DNA from: Aquifex aeolicus VF5
GTDB lineage: Bacteria > Aquificota > Aquificia > Aquificales > Aquificaceae
Direction: 5' to 3'
Assembly (NCBI RefSeq): GCF_000008625.1
Contig: NC_000918.1
Span: forward strand, 1,260,001-1,292,000
DNA: 32,000 nt
Part shown: positions 1 through 9,118 of the stretch, piece after piece
Layout: each line of letters opens with the position of its first letter
Position numbering within the stretch: the first letter of the stretch is position 1
The notes under the pieces: generated by a model
The model's input: only the letters and a program-made list of their open reading frames with translations
Databases searched by the model: none
Told to the model about the DNA's origin: nothing
Made by a program: the position numbers and the translations under genes

Positions 1-371
1 GGTGTGTGGGAGTCCGAACCGAGAAGCGTCTTTCCGGGTTTTGCGAACCTTTCTAAGTGAACTTGGTGACATATGCCGTTTCCGGGCTTTGAGAGCCATA
101 TACCGAACTTCTTAGCTACGCTCATCAAGTACTTGTGGTCGTCCGCGTTCCTGAAGTCCGTCTGGAGCATGTTGTGGTCTATGTAGGACACGGAGAGTTC
201 CGTCTTTACCTCGGGAACGCCCATCGCTTCGAACTCGAGGTAACACATAGTTCCCGTAGCGTCCTGAGTCAGAGTCTGGTCAATCTTTATCGCTATCTCC
301 TCACCGGGCTCCATTTTTCCCGAAACAAGGTGGTTTTTAATGATCTTCCACGCAACCGTCCCTTTAGCCAT
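1..371 (-). CDS. Aconitase-family hydratase, N-terminal part (gene continues beyond the window start)
   Basis: My translation of the minus strand from ATG at 371-369 gives MAKGTVAWKIIKNHLVSGKMEPGEEIAIKIDQTLTQDATGT...GNGICHQVHLERF...LLGSDSHT. These match aconitase-superfamily motifs (QDATG, ICHQ, GSDSHT). A GGAGGT RBS lies 5 nt upstream. The ORF track omits it because there is no stop in the window. Confidence 0.8.
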   Translation of the reverse strand, partial: MAKGTVAWKIIKNHLVSGKMEPGEEIAIKIDQTLTQDATGTMCYLEFEAMGVPEVKTELSVSYIDHNMLQTDFRNADDHKYLMSVAKKFGIWLSKPGNGICHQVHLERFAKPGKTLLGSDSHT

Positions 372-391
372 ACTGACCTCCTTTCAAAACA

Positions 392-413
392 ATTTTAAAA
401 CTTCATTTTAAAA
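392..413 (-). promoter_or_regulatory. Candidate promoter/operator of the aconitase gene: ATTTTAAAA twice (392-400, 405-413)
   Basis: A direct repeat of a 9-mer lies 21-42 nt upstream of the ATG at 371. On the minus strand each copy reads TAAAAT, which resembles a -10 box. Sequence pattern only. Confidence 0.25.
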
Positions 414-423
414 TTAGAAACCT

Positions 424-1197
424 TCAAAAGCCCAGCAACTCTTTTAACTTCCTGTAAGGATTCTCACTCTTCATAAGGGAAGTGCCTATTAAAAAGCCGT
501 CCACCTGATAATTCATAAGTTCAAGGATCTCCTCCCTTTTGGATATCCCGCTCTCGGAAATCACGAACTTCGCCCCGAGATCCTTTATCTTGGGTGCAAG
601 TTCCTTAGTTTTGTTTATATCAACTTTAAACGTTTCGAGATCCCTGTTGTTTATACCTATAATTTTTGCTCCGGCGTCGAGTGCCCTCTTTGCCTCGTCC
701 AAGGTGAATACCTCAACGAGTGGTGAGAGACCGAGCTCCTCGGAAAAATCGAGTAATTCCTTTAACTCCTTGTCTGAGAGCATTCTCACTATTAAGAGGA
801 CTATGTCCGCACCGTATGCCTTTGCTTCCAGTATTTGAACTTTGTGAACAGTGAAGTCCTTCCTCAGAAGCGGAAGTTTTACACTTTCCCTTACATTTCT
901 CAAATCCTCTAAAGAACCTTTGAAGTACTTTTCATCCGTCAGAACGGATATTGCAATCGCCCCAGCTTTTTCGTAGAGTTTTGCCTGTTCTTCCGGGTTA
1001 ACCTCCTTTATATTCCCTTCAGAAGGGGAGGCTTTTTTAACTTCTGCGATAATTTTAGTCCCGCAACTCGTGAGGGCTTTCTCAAAGTCGTAAAACTCCT
1101 TCCTCTCTTCTATTAATTCTTCAAGTTTCCTGAGGTATTCCGGGGAAGTGTCAATTTGACTCTCTTTGTAAGATCTTACCTCTTCTAAAAATCCCAT
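424..1197 (-). CDS. trpC: Indole-3-glycerol-phosphate synthase
   Basis: 257 aa. Contains IAEVKKASPSEG, LRKDF and the overall TIM-barrel IGPS pattern. The start overlaps the murJ 3' end by 47 nt. Confidence 0.9.
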   Translation of the reverse strand: MGFLEEVRSYKESQIDTSPEYLRKLEELIEERKEFYDFEKALTSCGTKIIAEVKKASPSEGNIKEVNPEEQAKLYEKAGAIAISVLTDEKYFKGSLEDLRNVRESVKLPLLRKDFTVHKVQILEAKAYGADIVLLIVRMLSDKELKELLDFSEELGLSPLVEVFTLDEAKRALDAGAKIIGINNRDLETFKVDINKTKELAPKIKDLGAKFVISESGISKREEILELMNYQVDGFLIGTSLMKSENPYRKLKELLGF

Positions 1198-2650
1198 AAC
1201 TAATTAAGATAGCGAGTTCTTCTCTCAAAATAATAAGAAAGACATAGTAGAACAGGGCGTAAATGGGGATAAAGGATACGAGGATAAACGGATTTTGAGT
1301 CAAAGACTCCGTTAAGTATACTAATCCTCCCATAAAAGATGAGGCGATAAGGTACTTTATCAGGTTTCCGAAGGGAATACTCACCTTTTGAGGGAGTTTT
1401 TGGTAGAGATATACAAGGACTGAGGAGGAAGAAATCAAAGCGGCGAGGGGAAAGGAGTAAACGCCGAAATTAAGCAGAAAGATAAATACTGAACCGAATA
1501 AAGCCTCCAGAAAGACGCTCAGGAAGGCACTTTTTGTGGGTATTTCCACGTTCTTTTTTGAGTAGTAGACGGTCTTTAGTATGTGCTGGAGTGAGTAAAA
1601 GGGAACGCTAAAGGCGTAAAGACTGAGAAGTCCCGATGTGTAGAAAAGGTCTTCCTCCGAAAAATTTCCCCTTTTGTAAAGTACGCTCACGATTTCCCGC
1701 GAAAGAAAGAAAAGTCCGAAGGAAGATGGAATACTCAACATTAAGGTGAGCTTTAAGGCTGTATCCGTGTCCTTTTCCTTATCTTTTTTTGTGGACACGA
1801 GGGCAAGGAGCGTATTGCTCAAACTTATTGAAAAAAGGCTTATAGGGAGAAGGTAAATCCTAGCAGCGTAGTAAACGTAGGAGATGCTACCTACTTTCAG
1901 GAAAGATGCGAGAAAGGTATCTACAAATAGGGAAAGCTGGTTCGCGGAAAATCCTCCTAGCGTAAATAAAAACTTCTTTAAAAAGGTTTTAATCTCTCTA
2001 TCTAAAGAAAACTTCGGGATTTTCAGGAGTTTTTCCTTAAAAAGCAAAAAAGTGTTTGGAATTATTTGGAAAAGTCCTCCGATCAAAACCGCGAGTGCGA
2101 GAGAGTAATGTCCCAAGGTGTGGAAAAGAATTACCAAAGAAAGTATAAAACCTAAGTTGAAGAGCGTTTGAGAGACGGAAGGAACGAAGAACTTTCCCTG
2201 AACGAGGAGTATAGCCATACTGTACGCGTAAAAGGAAACTAGGGGAAGGTACAGAATCGTGAACTTCAGAAACTCAACAGCGTAACTAAAAGTCTCCTTT
2301 TCCTTTATACCGGGAGAAATTACGGAGATAATTTCCTCGGGAAAGAGCAAACCGATAATAACAACGGAAAGAGAAAAAGTTATCAGGAGTCCGAAGGTTT
2401 TCCTTAAAAATTCCTCTTCCCTGTTTTGCTTTACAGCTTCACCGTAGAAAGGGATAAATACCGCGTTAAATCCTCCCTCTCCAAAAATCCTCCTGAAGGC
2501 GTTCGGTATTCTAAAGGCTATGAAGAAGGCGTCGGATACTGCACTCGCACCGAAGTAATAGGCTACCGTTGCGTCCCTGACGTAACCGAAAATCCTGCTG
2601 AGAAGTATTCCTAAGGAAAATAGGAGGGAAGCGCGAAAGAGGGAAGGCAA
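1151..2650 (-). CDS. murJ: Lipid II flippase MurJ/MviN
   Basis: 499 aa, polytopic membrane protein. The N-terminal LSRIFGYVRD...YFGAS..SDAFFIAFRIPN..RRIFGEGGFNAVFIP signature is typical of MurJ. The ORF-track start is a TTG, so the exact start is uncertain. Confidence 0.85.
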   Translation of the reverse strand: MPSLFRASLLFSLGILLSRIFGYVRDATVAYYFGASAVSDAFFIAFRIPNAFRRIFGEGGFNAVFIPFYGEAVKQNREEEFLRKTFGLLITFSLSVVIIGLLFPEEIISVISPGIKEKETFSYAVEFLKFTILYLPLVSFYAYSMAILLVQGKFFVPSVSQTLFNLGFILSLVILFHTLGHYSLALAVLIGGLFQIIPNTFLLFKEKLLKIPKFSLDREIKTFLKKFLFTLGGFSANQLSLFVDTFLASFLKVGSISYVYYAARIYLLPISLFSISLSNTLLALVSTKKDKEKDTDTALKLTLMLSIPSSFGLFFLSREIVSVLYKRGNFSEEDLFYTSGLLSLYAFSVPFYSLQHILKTVYYSKKNVEIPTKSAFLSVFLEALFGSVFIFLLNFGVYSFPLAALISSSSVLVYLYQKLPQKVSIPFGNLIKYLIASSFMGGLVYLTESLTQNPFILVSFIPIYALFYYVFLIILREELAILISYGIFRRGKILQRESN

Positions 2651-2654
2651 GTTT

Positions 2655-3800
2655 TTAGTCCATATCCTCTTTTTCTATTTTTTGTTCCTCGGATAACTTC
2701 TCGACTTCCGTGTCGTAGAACCTGTTTTCGAGCTTCTTGAGAACTTTCGGGAGCGTTGTATACTCCATCTCTTCCGCAGGGAGTCTGTGAGGTTCGAATA
2801 TTCCCTGTCTCCTGAGTATATCCGCCATATCTTGAGCTACCTGTCTTGCCTTATCAAAGGCAGGATCTTTGAACATATCAGCAGGTCCAATGAGTTTTCC
2901 GTTGGCGAGCTGGTATCCCGCACCTATTACTCTGGGAGGTCCGTCAAATCTGGAGGGTCTTGCGTCTTCAAAGGAAACGGGCATTAAAGGTCCGTTGTGG
3001 GAACCCCTCATCCATCCTTCAACTATCCAGGGTCTTGCAAAGGGTTCGAGAATTTCTCCCACTGCGGGAAATCCGCTCTGAGCCCTCACGATCAGGACGG
3101 GGTCGTCCTTTCCTACGTACTGACCCGCTATGAGTGAAAGCCTTTGAGTTGAAGCCGTTGCGGCAATTTCCCCGTCGTAATTCCTGTAAACGTTCTTAAC
3201 GACGTACTTTCCGACGGAACCTATTAACGCAAGGAGATCGTAGACTTCAGCAGGGGTATTAAGCTTTACCGCCTTTCCCGTGTAAACGTCCAGAACTTCA
3301 AAGGTAAATCCGTCGTGCATTTTGGGGTCTATTACGAGCCCGGCTGTGTTCATGGGATCTGCGAACATCTCGTAAAGCGGTAAGTTCCAAGCACTCGGAG
3401 AAGTTTTGTCCGCAAAGAACACTATTACGGGTTCAGAGGGTCTTTCTTCAAACTCCATTTCCGCTACGCCCGGACCCATTCCCTTAACGTTTCCGCTGAA
3501 GGTATCCGTGAGGAGGTCCTGTCCCGCTCCGTAGAGTTTTAACTTCTTTGCGACTTCCGTTCCCTTCATAAAGGCGTCCCAAGCTATCTTGTGAACCAGT
3601 TCCGCGTCCACTCCGTGAGTATGAGTCATAACTATCGCTATATCGTCACCGCAGGTCAAAATATCACAGTCTATGAGGTTTCCCTTCTCTACTTCTTTTT
3701 CAACGTGTTCTCTTACAGCGTTTACAACATCAGGGTGAGTTGAAGAGTGTCCCACAAACCCCCCTATGTCCGCCTTAATCACGCTCAAAGTTACCTTCAT
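2655..3800 (-). CDS. fbp: Fructose-1,6-bisphosphate aldolase/phosphatase (class V, archaeal type)
   Basis: 381 aa. Starts MKVTLSVIKADIGG.VGHS..HP, and its length and overall similarity fit the bifunctional FBP aldolase/phosphatase family. GGGAGG RBS upstream. Confidence 0.93.
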   Translation of the reverse strand: MKVTLSVIKADIGGFVGHSSTHPDVVNAVREHVEKEVEKGNLIDCDILTCGDDIAIVMTHTHGVDAELVHKIAWDAFMKGTEVAKKLKLYGAGQDLLTDTFSGNVKGMGPGVAEMEFEERPSEPVIVFFADKTSPSAWNLPLYEMFADPMNTAGLVIDPKMHDGFTFEVLDVYTGKAVKLNTPAEVYDLLALIGSVGKYVVKNVYRNYDGEIAATASTQRLSLIAGQYVGKDDPVLIVRAQSGFPAVGEILEPFARPWIVEGWMRGSHNGPLMPVSFEDARPSRFDGPPRVIGAGYQLANGKLIGPADMFKDPAFDKARQVAQDMADILRRQGIFEPHRLPAEEMEYTTLPKVLKKLENRFYDTEVEKLSEEQKIEKEDMD

Positions 3801-3812
3801 AATTTACCTCCC

Positions 3813-4196
3813 TTAAACTTTTAGCTCTTCAATTTTCTTTTCTATCTCGGATAGTTTTTCTTTGAGGGCTTCAACTTCCTTCATTATCTTGGGATTGTAG
3901 GCTATTTCACCTTTGGATATGTACTTCGCCCTGTTCTTGAGCTCTTTTATCCTTCTCCTGATTCTCCTGTACTCCCTCAGGTAGAACCACCTCGCTATTG
4001 CGGAAGCGGTTTTTAATATATCCTTGTCGTACCACCTGAGTTCTCTTTTGAACCTCCTCCTTTCCCTCGGTGGTGCATGCATGCAGAGTATCTGTATTTC
4101 CTTTCCCCTGCCGTCTTTTACTAAATTCTCCATTACGCTCTGGAAGGAACCTTGGTACTTTTTCTTCTCATCGCCTATCTTAACCCACAATTCCAT
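3813..4196 (-). CDS. Hypothetical protein: small N-terminal domain, very basic helix, C-terminal coiled coil
   Basis: 127 aa with a GGAGG RBS, packed between the sigma-54 activator and fbp. I recognise no family. Contains an R/K-rich stretch (RERRRFKRELR, REYRRIRRRIKELKNR) and a heptad-like tail. Confidence 0.6.
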   Translation of the reverse strand: MELWVKIGDEKKKYQGSFQSVMENLVKDGRGKEIQILCMHAPPRERRRFKRELRWYDKDILKTASAIARWFYLREYRRIRRRIKELKNRAKYISKGEIAYNPKIMKEVEALKEKLSEIEKKIEELKV

Positions 4197-4236
4197 TTCC
4201 GAACCTCCGTTTCGTGTGGTGGACTAATATATTTTA

Positions 4237-5730
4237 TTAAAATTTCTTAAGTTCTATGCCGTACTTCTTTATCCTGTAATCCAGCTGCCTTAAGGTGTAG
4301 CCGAGGAGTTTTGCCGCACGTGATTTTACGTAACCCGTTTTCTCCAGAGCTTCTATTATCCTTTTCTTCTCCGTCTCCTCTATAAACTTCGGAAGGTCAC
4401 CCGTTTTCCTTTCTCTCTTCCTCAAAAGTTCGGGAAGTTCAGAAGAGGTAACTCTTCCGTTGTTTAAGATGACGACCCTTTCTAGTATGTTTATCAATTC
4501 CCTTATATTACCTGGATAATCGTACTCCAGTAAAACTTCCAAAGCGTCTTCCGAGAGGTAAACTTCCTTGCCGTACTTCTTATTCAATTCCTTTAAGTAA
4601 TACTCAATCAATATCGGGATGTCTTCCTTCCTTTCCCTGAGGGGCGGAACGTAAAGAGGTACAACGTTTATCCTGTAGTAAAGATCTTCCCTGAACTTGC
4701 CTTCTTTGACTAGTTTTTCAAGGTCTTTGTTCGTTGCCGTTATTATCCTCACGTCCACTTTTATAGGTTTTTCACTTCCGAGTCTCTCAATCTCCCTTTC
4801 CTGAAGGGCTCTCAGGAGTTTTGCCTGGAGGGAAAGGGGCATGTCCCCTATCTCGTCGAGGAAGATGGTACCCCCGTTTGCCAGTTCAAACTTTCCTTTT
4901 TTAGTCGTATAAGCTCCCGTAAAGGCTCCCTTTTCGTACCCGAAGAGCTCCGACTCCAGAAGAGTTTCCGGAATGGAGGCACAGTTTACGGTAAGGAAGG
5001 GCTTTTCCCTCCTGCTGCTCTCGTAGTGGATTATCCTCGCAATTAAGCTCTTTCCAGTCCCGCTTTCTCCGAGTATGAGAACGGTGCTGTCGGTTTTCGC
5101 CACCTTTTCTATAGTGTCTATTAATTCCCTCATAACCTTACTCTTTCCGATGAGACCGTGAAGGGAATACTTTTCGCTCAGTTCCCTCGTCAGTTCCTTT
5201 CTCTGCTCTTCCCAAGCTTTTTTCTCACTCTCAAACTTTTCCCTTAACTTGAAAAACATACCGAGGAGGTTTCCGATTACGTTAATCGTCTGGTAGAAGT
5301 TCTCTAGACTCTCTTTATCACTAAACTCCTTGAATATCGTAATAACACCCTTAACCTCTCCACCAACCTTTATGGGAGCTGCTATGAGAGCGTGTTTTTC
5401 CGTGAGAAGCCTGCCTATTCCCGTTTTATTGGCAAAGGCGGAATTGTGTTTTACGTTAGGTATAACGAGGGGAATCCCCCTCTGGAACACCTTACCCGTT
5501 ATCCCTTCACCTTTTTTAAATGCCACGTCCTTATTCAGAAAGTACCCGTAAGAACTAGCAATCCTTAAGGTATTACCCTCCCTTATTGCTATAAAACTGT
5601 GTTCCACACCGAGGTAAGAGTAAAGGACCTTCAAAACTTCCTTTAAGCTCTCTTCAAAGGTATAATCACCCGTGAGGATTTTCGTTATCTCGTTTACAAC
5701 GTTTATCTCCTTTAATTTCAGTCTCTCCAT
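4237..5730 (-). CDS. Sigma-54-dependent transcriptional activator with an N-terminal GAF domain (NifA-like bEBP)
   Basis: 497 aa. GAF-like N-terminus, Walker A GESGTGKS, the sigma-54 contact loop GAFTGA, and a C-terminal Fis-type HTH (RAAKLLGYTLRQLDYRIKKYG). Confidence 0.92.
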   Translation of the reverse strand: MERLKLKEINVVNEITKILTGDYTFEESLKEVLKVLYSYLGVEHSFIAIREGNTLRIASSYGYFLNKDVAFKKGEGITGKVFQRGIPLVIPNVKHNSAFANKTGIGRLLTEKHALIAAPIKVGGEVKGVITIFKEFSDKESLENFYQTINVIGNLLGMFFKLREKFESEKKAWEEQRKELTRELSEKYSLHGLIGKSKVMRELIDTIEKVAKTDSTVLILGESGTGKSLIARIIHYESSRREKPFLTVNCASIPETLLESELFGYEKGAFTGAYTTKKGKFELANGGTIFLDEIGDMPLSLQAKLLRALQEREIERLGSEKPIKVDVRIITATNKDLEKLVKEGKFREDLYYRINVVPLYVPPLRERKEDIPILIEYYLKELNKKYGKEVYLSEDALEVLLEYDYPGNIRELINILERVVILNNGRVTSSELPELLRKRERKTGDLPKFIEETEKKRIIEALEKTGYVKSRAAKLLGYTLRQLDYRIKKYGIELKKF

Positions 5731-5736
5731 TTATTT

Positions 5737-5943
5737 TTAATTTAGCTTTTCAAGAACTTTCTTCGGAACGAAGCGCCTTACCTTTTCACTGTTTAAAACC
5801 TTTTTCACAAAGTTCGGATAGGCTTTGTAAAAGCAAAAGAGCGCAGGAATGAAAAAGGGGCTTGACGGAATTATCGGTAGTATAAGACCTATAATTCCGA
5901 ATATTGAAAGGATAACTCCGCAAATCACGTAAAGAAACTTCAT
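5737..5943 (-). CDS. Small inner-membrane protein, DUF454/YbaN-like
   Basis: The LPIIPSSPFFIPALFCF motif resembles the YbaN family. I prefer the ATG at 5943 (MKFLYV...) because it forms an ATGA overlap with the upstream stop and follows a purine-rich AAGGGAAGGA RBS. The ORF track starts at 5961. Confidence 0.6.
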   Translation of the reverse strand: MKFLYVICGVILSIFGIIGLILPIIPSSPFFIPALFCFYKAYPNFVKKVLNSEKVRRFVPKKVLEKLN

Positions 5944-6704
5944 TTTCCTTCCCTTTTCCACAACAAATAACTTACGCTTATAACTCCGAATAAGTATATA
6001 AGTAAAGTGTTTGAAAATGCCACGAAGTAGGTCAGGAAAAAGAGAGGCGGAAATAAATGACTCATAACAAACTGAAACAGGAAGATAAAAAGGGAAAAGA
6101 AACCTATTACAAAAGACGAAAATAGGACTTCTAAGGAAAAGGCGAGTTTCCAGAGGAGCTTTGAAAAAGGAGCGGTCAAGAATAAAAAGAAAAAGTCCCT
6201 AGGCGTTTGCCCTTCTATAACCGTTCTCGCAAAAAACACGGGATAGGAGGTAATTATCCAGAAGTACAGGATTAAAAGAAGAACTATAAAAATCAAGTAG
6301 GCGATAATAAAGTCCGTTCCGAAAGTAAATACGGTAATCCCTGTTATTAATCCTAATATCAACAGAGAAACGAACAACAAAATCAGGTAAGCTACCGTCA
6401 TGGCATAGGTCGCAAACGTCAGTGTTACGGCGTGCGGAAGGTAGGTTTTTAAGGCCTGTGCAAGTTTAGTTCTTTCTATTTCCCTTTTATATTCTTCTTC
6501 ATTTCCTTTCACCTTAAGGTAGAGTTTTGAAAAGTAAATAATGAGTGAAAAATTCACAACGTTGTGTATAAAGAAGGCAAATACATTCATTACAGGAATT
6601 AAAAAGAGAAAGTTCAAAAGTGTAAAAAGGATAATAAGTTCGGCGGTTAAGCGGAAATTTTGGAAAAGTGTGATGGACCACACATTAAGAGCGTGCTTCC
6701 ACAT
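5940..6704 (-). CDS. Polytopic membrane protein of unknown family
   Basis: Hydrophobic multi-helix ORF. I chose the start at ATG 6704 (MWKHALNV...). The track's 6797 start would run 77 nt into the divergent ymdB gene. Confidence 0.55.
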   Translation of the reverse strand: MWKHALNVWSITLFQNFRLTAELIILFTLLNFLFLIPVMNVFAFFIHNVVNFSLIIYFSKLYLKVKGNEEEYKREIERTKLAQALKTYLPHAVTLTFATYAMTVAYLILLFVSLLILGLITGITVFTFGTDFIIAYLIFIVLLLILYFWIITSYPVFFARTVIEGQTPRDFFFLFLTAPFSKLLWKLAFSLEVLFSSFVIGFFSLFIFLFQFVMSHLFPPLFFLTYFVAFSNTLLIYLFGVISVSYLLWKREGK

Positions 6705-6720
6705 TCTAAAATGAGTATAC

Positions 6721-7503
6721 ATGAGAATACTTGCCATCGGAGACATCATAGGCAGACCCGGAAGGAAAGCCTTAAGAGAACTCCTGCCGCAACTCAAGGA
6801 AGAGGTAGCCTACGACGTCGTTATAGCAAACGTTGAAAACTCCGCAGGAGGCTTTGGGATAACCAAGAAGGTTTACGAGGAGCTCCTTGAGATAGGCATA
6901 GATGTAATGACTTCGGGAAATCACATCTGGGATAAGAAGGAGGTTTACAACTTCATCGGTGAAGCCTACAACCTTCTGAGACCAGCAAATTACCCCGAAG
7001 GCGTTCCCGGGAGGGGTTACGGGATATTCAAGAAAAACGGCGTTGAGTTCGCGGTAATAAACCTTATGGGAAAGGTTTTCATGGACTGTAACCTAGAAAA
7101 TCCATTCAAAACCTTTGACAGGATATACGATGAACTGAAGGACAAGGTAAAGATAATTGTCGTAGACTTTCACGCAGAAGCTACTTCCGAGAAGTGGGCT
7201 TTCGGGATTTACGTGGACGGGAGGGCTTCCTTTGTGTACGGCACGCACACACACGTCCCCACCGCGGATGAATTTATCCTGAAAAAGGGAACTGGTTACG
7301 TGAGCGATATCGGAATGACTGGTGTATGGTACTCCGCAATAGGAATGAAACCAAAGGAGGCGATAGAACGTTTTCTTTTAAGCCTGCCGAGGAGGTTTGA
7401 AGTGGAGGATAAAGGAGAGATAATGTTCAACGCAGTTCTCGTTGACATAGATGAAGAAACAGGTAAAACTAAGAGTATAGAGAGGATAAAGAGGTTCCTA
7501 TGA
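6721..7503 (+). CDS. ymdB: YmdB-like metallophosphoesterase (2',3'-cyclic-nucleotide phosphodiesterase family)
   Basis: 260 aa. MRILAIGDIIGRPGR, NVENSAGGFG, GNHIWDKKE and DFHAEATSEK are typical of the YmdB/TIGR00282 family. Confidence 0.85.
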   Translation: MRILAIGDIIGRPGRKALRELLPQLKEEVAYDVVIANVENSAGGFGITKKVYEELLEIGIDVMTSGNHIWDKKEVYNFIGEAYNLLRPANYPEGVPGRGYGIFKKNGVEFAVINLMGKVFMDCNLENPFKTFDRIYDELKDKVKIIVVDFHAEATSEKWAFGIYVDGRASFVYGTHTHVPTADEFILKKGTGYVSDIGMTGVWYSAIGMKPKEAIERFLLSLPRRFEVEDKGEIMFNAVLVDIDEETGKTKSIERIKRFL

Positions 7504-8042
7504 GGGAGGTAATAACGCTTCTCTTTGCACTCGTTTCGTTTATACACGGAAGCATTTCGGAGAAGTACGAACTATACAGAGAGTTTTTAGAAACAAAGAA
7601 TGTAAAACTCGCGGAGAAAATTCTCAGAAAGTATCCGAACGCACCTTTTAAGAACGAGCTTTATATATTTCTTATTGAGAAGTACTACAGGACGAACCCG
7701 CGTAAGGCGAAAATTTTTATAAAAAAGCTGAACGTAAAAAGAATTCCGTATTACAAGGTAAAGGAATTTGTAAAGATTTACAAAAAGCTGGGACTTAATT
7801 TAAAACCTTTTGTGGTACAATATCCCGAGTTTTTCTTAAAAGATTTAAGAAAGTTCAAACTTTCCCAGGAGGAAAGGGAAAAAATAGCAAAGAGATTGTA
7901 CAGATTGAGGAAGTACAGGTACGTACTGAAATTAACAAAGGACTGTTACCTCAAGGGAAAAACTTATTACAGATTAGAAAAGTACAAAATAGCGGAAAGG
8001 ATATTAAAAAACTGTCCAAAGAAAGAGCCCAAAAGTTTTTGA
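7500..8042 (+). CDS. slt: Soluble lytic transglycosylase, N-terminal fragment (signal peptide plus helical-repeat region)
   Basis: 180 aa with a signal-peptide-like N-terminus and a K/Y/L-rich helical-repeat composition. ATGA overlap with the ymdB stop. Its reading frame continues into the next ORF after a -1 shift at 8006-8012. Confidence 0.7.
   Translation: MREVITLLFALVSFIHGSISEKYELYREFLETKNVKLAEKILRKYPNAPFKNELYIFLIEKYYRTNPRKAKIFIKKLNVKRIPYYKVKEFVKIYKKLGLNLKPFVVQYPEFFLKDLRKFKLSQEEREKIAKRLYRLRKYRYVLKLTKDCYLKGKTYYRLEKYKIAERILKNCPKKEPKSF
8006..8012 (+). other. A_AAA_AAC heptamer in the zero frame of the slt N-terminal ORF (possible -1 slip site or homopolymer indel site)
   Basis: Zero-frame codons are tta|aaa|aac, so positions 8006-8012 fit the X_XXY_YYZ pattern. 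The -1 frame is open from here into the SLT-domain ORF. Confidence 0.3.
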
Positions 8043-9118
8043 TTTACGTTTACCTAAAGCAACGTGCCTATAAAAAAGCCGAAAAATTTGTAAGGAGTAA
8101 GAAAAATCCTGAGCTTTACTTTATCCTTGGAAGGGAGTTATTAGAAAGGGGACTTGCGAACAGAGCTATTACTTTTCTGAAAAACTCTATGAATACGGAA
8201 GCGAACTTTTCCCTTGGCTTGGCTTACTACCTGAAAAAAGACTACGAGAAGGCTAAACACTACTTTTTGAGCTACCATCCGCCAGACGAACTGGGAAAAG
8301 GAAAAAGAGATTTCTGGCTTTTTAAAACGTATCTTCAGCTGGGAAACTCCGAGAAAGCTCTTGATTACTTAAAAAAGGCTTCTTCTTACGATAACTTCTA
8401 CGGAGCTGTTTCAAGAAAGTTATTAGGTTTGAGGGTGTATAAACCTGTTCAGTTTTCTTCCGTTGAACCGCCGAGGTTGTTTCCCGAACTTTACAGAATA
8501 AGAGAATTGGGATTTTTGTCTTACATGCGATATGAAGCTTTCAGGCATGAACACCTGGCTACCACGGGAGATGTCCTTTTGATTTCAAGGATTGATCCGT
8601 ACACGTCAATAAGACTCGCCGTAAAAAAGTACGGTGTGAAGTCGGAAATATACAGGGTGGTTTCTCATCCCACTCCCTACGAAAATCTGGTTTTTGAAGC
8701 TGCCCAAAAGTTTGAAGTACCGGTTCCCCTTATATACGCAGTTATGAGACAGGAAAGTTTATTTGATCCGTACGCTGTTTCCTCTTCAGGAGCAAAGGGG
8801 TTGATGCAGTTGATTGATTCAACTGCGAGGTGGAAGGCGAAAAGGCTCGGTTTAAAGATCAGGAGCGTGTTTGATCCAGAGACGAATATAACACTCGGTA
8901 CAGCTTACCTGGCTTTTTTAATGGATTACTGGAACGGAGATTTAATTAGAGTTATTGCTTCTTACAACGCCGGACATGGAGCCGTTAGTAGATGGAAGAG
9001 GTACGAGGACGACTTCTTATTTATAGAACTGATTCCCTACAACGAAACGAGGAATTACGTAAAAAGGGTTTTATACAATTACTACGTTTATTCGGAAAAG
9101 TTAGAAAAGGGTCTCTGA
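8039..9118 (+). CDS. slt: Soluble lytic transglycosylase, C-terminal fragment with the catalytic SLT domain
   Basis: 359 aa. Catalytic motif VMRQESLFDPYAVSSSGAKGLMQL plus SYNAG. The TTG start is an ORF-caller artefact: the frame is open upstream to at least 7979. Confidence 0.85.
   Translation: MIYVYLKQRAYKKAEKFVRSKKNPELYFILGRELLERGLANRAITFLKNSMNTEANFSLGLAYYLKKDYEKAKHYFLSYHPPDELGKGKRDFWLFKTYLQLGNSEKALDYLKKASSYDNFYGAVSRKLLGLRVYKPVQFSSVEPPRLFPELYRIRELGFLSYMRYEAFRHEHLATTGDVLLISRIDPYTSIRLAVKKYGVKSEIYRVVSHPTPYENLVFEAAQKFEVPVPLIYAVMRQESLFDPYAVSSSGAKGLMQLIDSTARWKAKRLGLKIRSVFDPETNITLGTAYLAFLMDYWNGDLIRVIASYNAGHGAVSRWKRYEDDFLFIELIPYNETRNYVKRVLYNYYVYSEKLEKGL

Noticed and set aside
135-398. 87-aa plus-strand ORF at the window start
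   Set aside because: It lies antisense to a minus-strand reading frame with clear aconitase-family motifs and a GGAGGT RBS. Its own sequence has no recognisable features.
6731-6745. Possible sigma-54 promoter (TGGCA on the minus strand) upstream of the membrane-protein gene at 6704, which would fit the nearby sigma-54 activator
   Set aside because: The -12 GC element is absent at the required GG-N10-GC spacing (TGGCAAGTATTCTCA), and the site lies inside ymdB. I did not find a convincing sigma-54 promoter by eye. A PWM scan is needed.
6705-6797. 31-aa N-terminal extension of the membrane-protein ORF (track start 6797)
   Set aside because: The extension would overlap the divergent ymdB coding region by 77 nt. 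It reads as non-membrane junk (MSCGRSSLKAFLPG...). The ATG at 6704 gives a sensible start.
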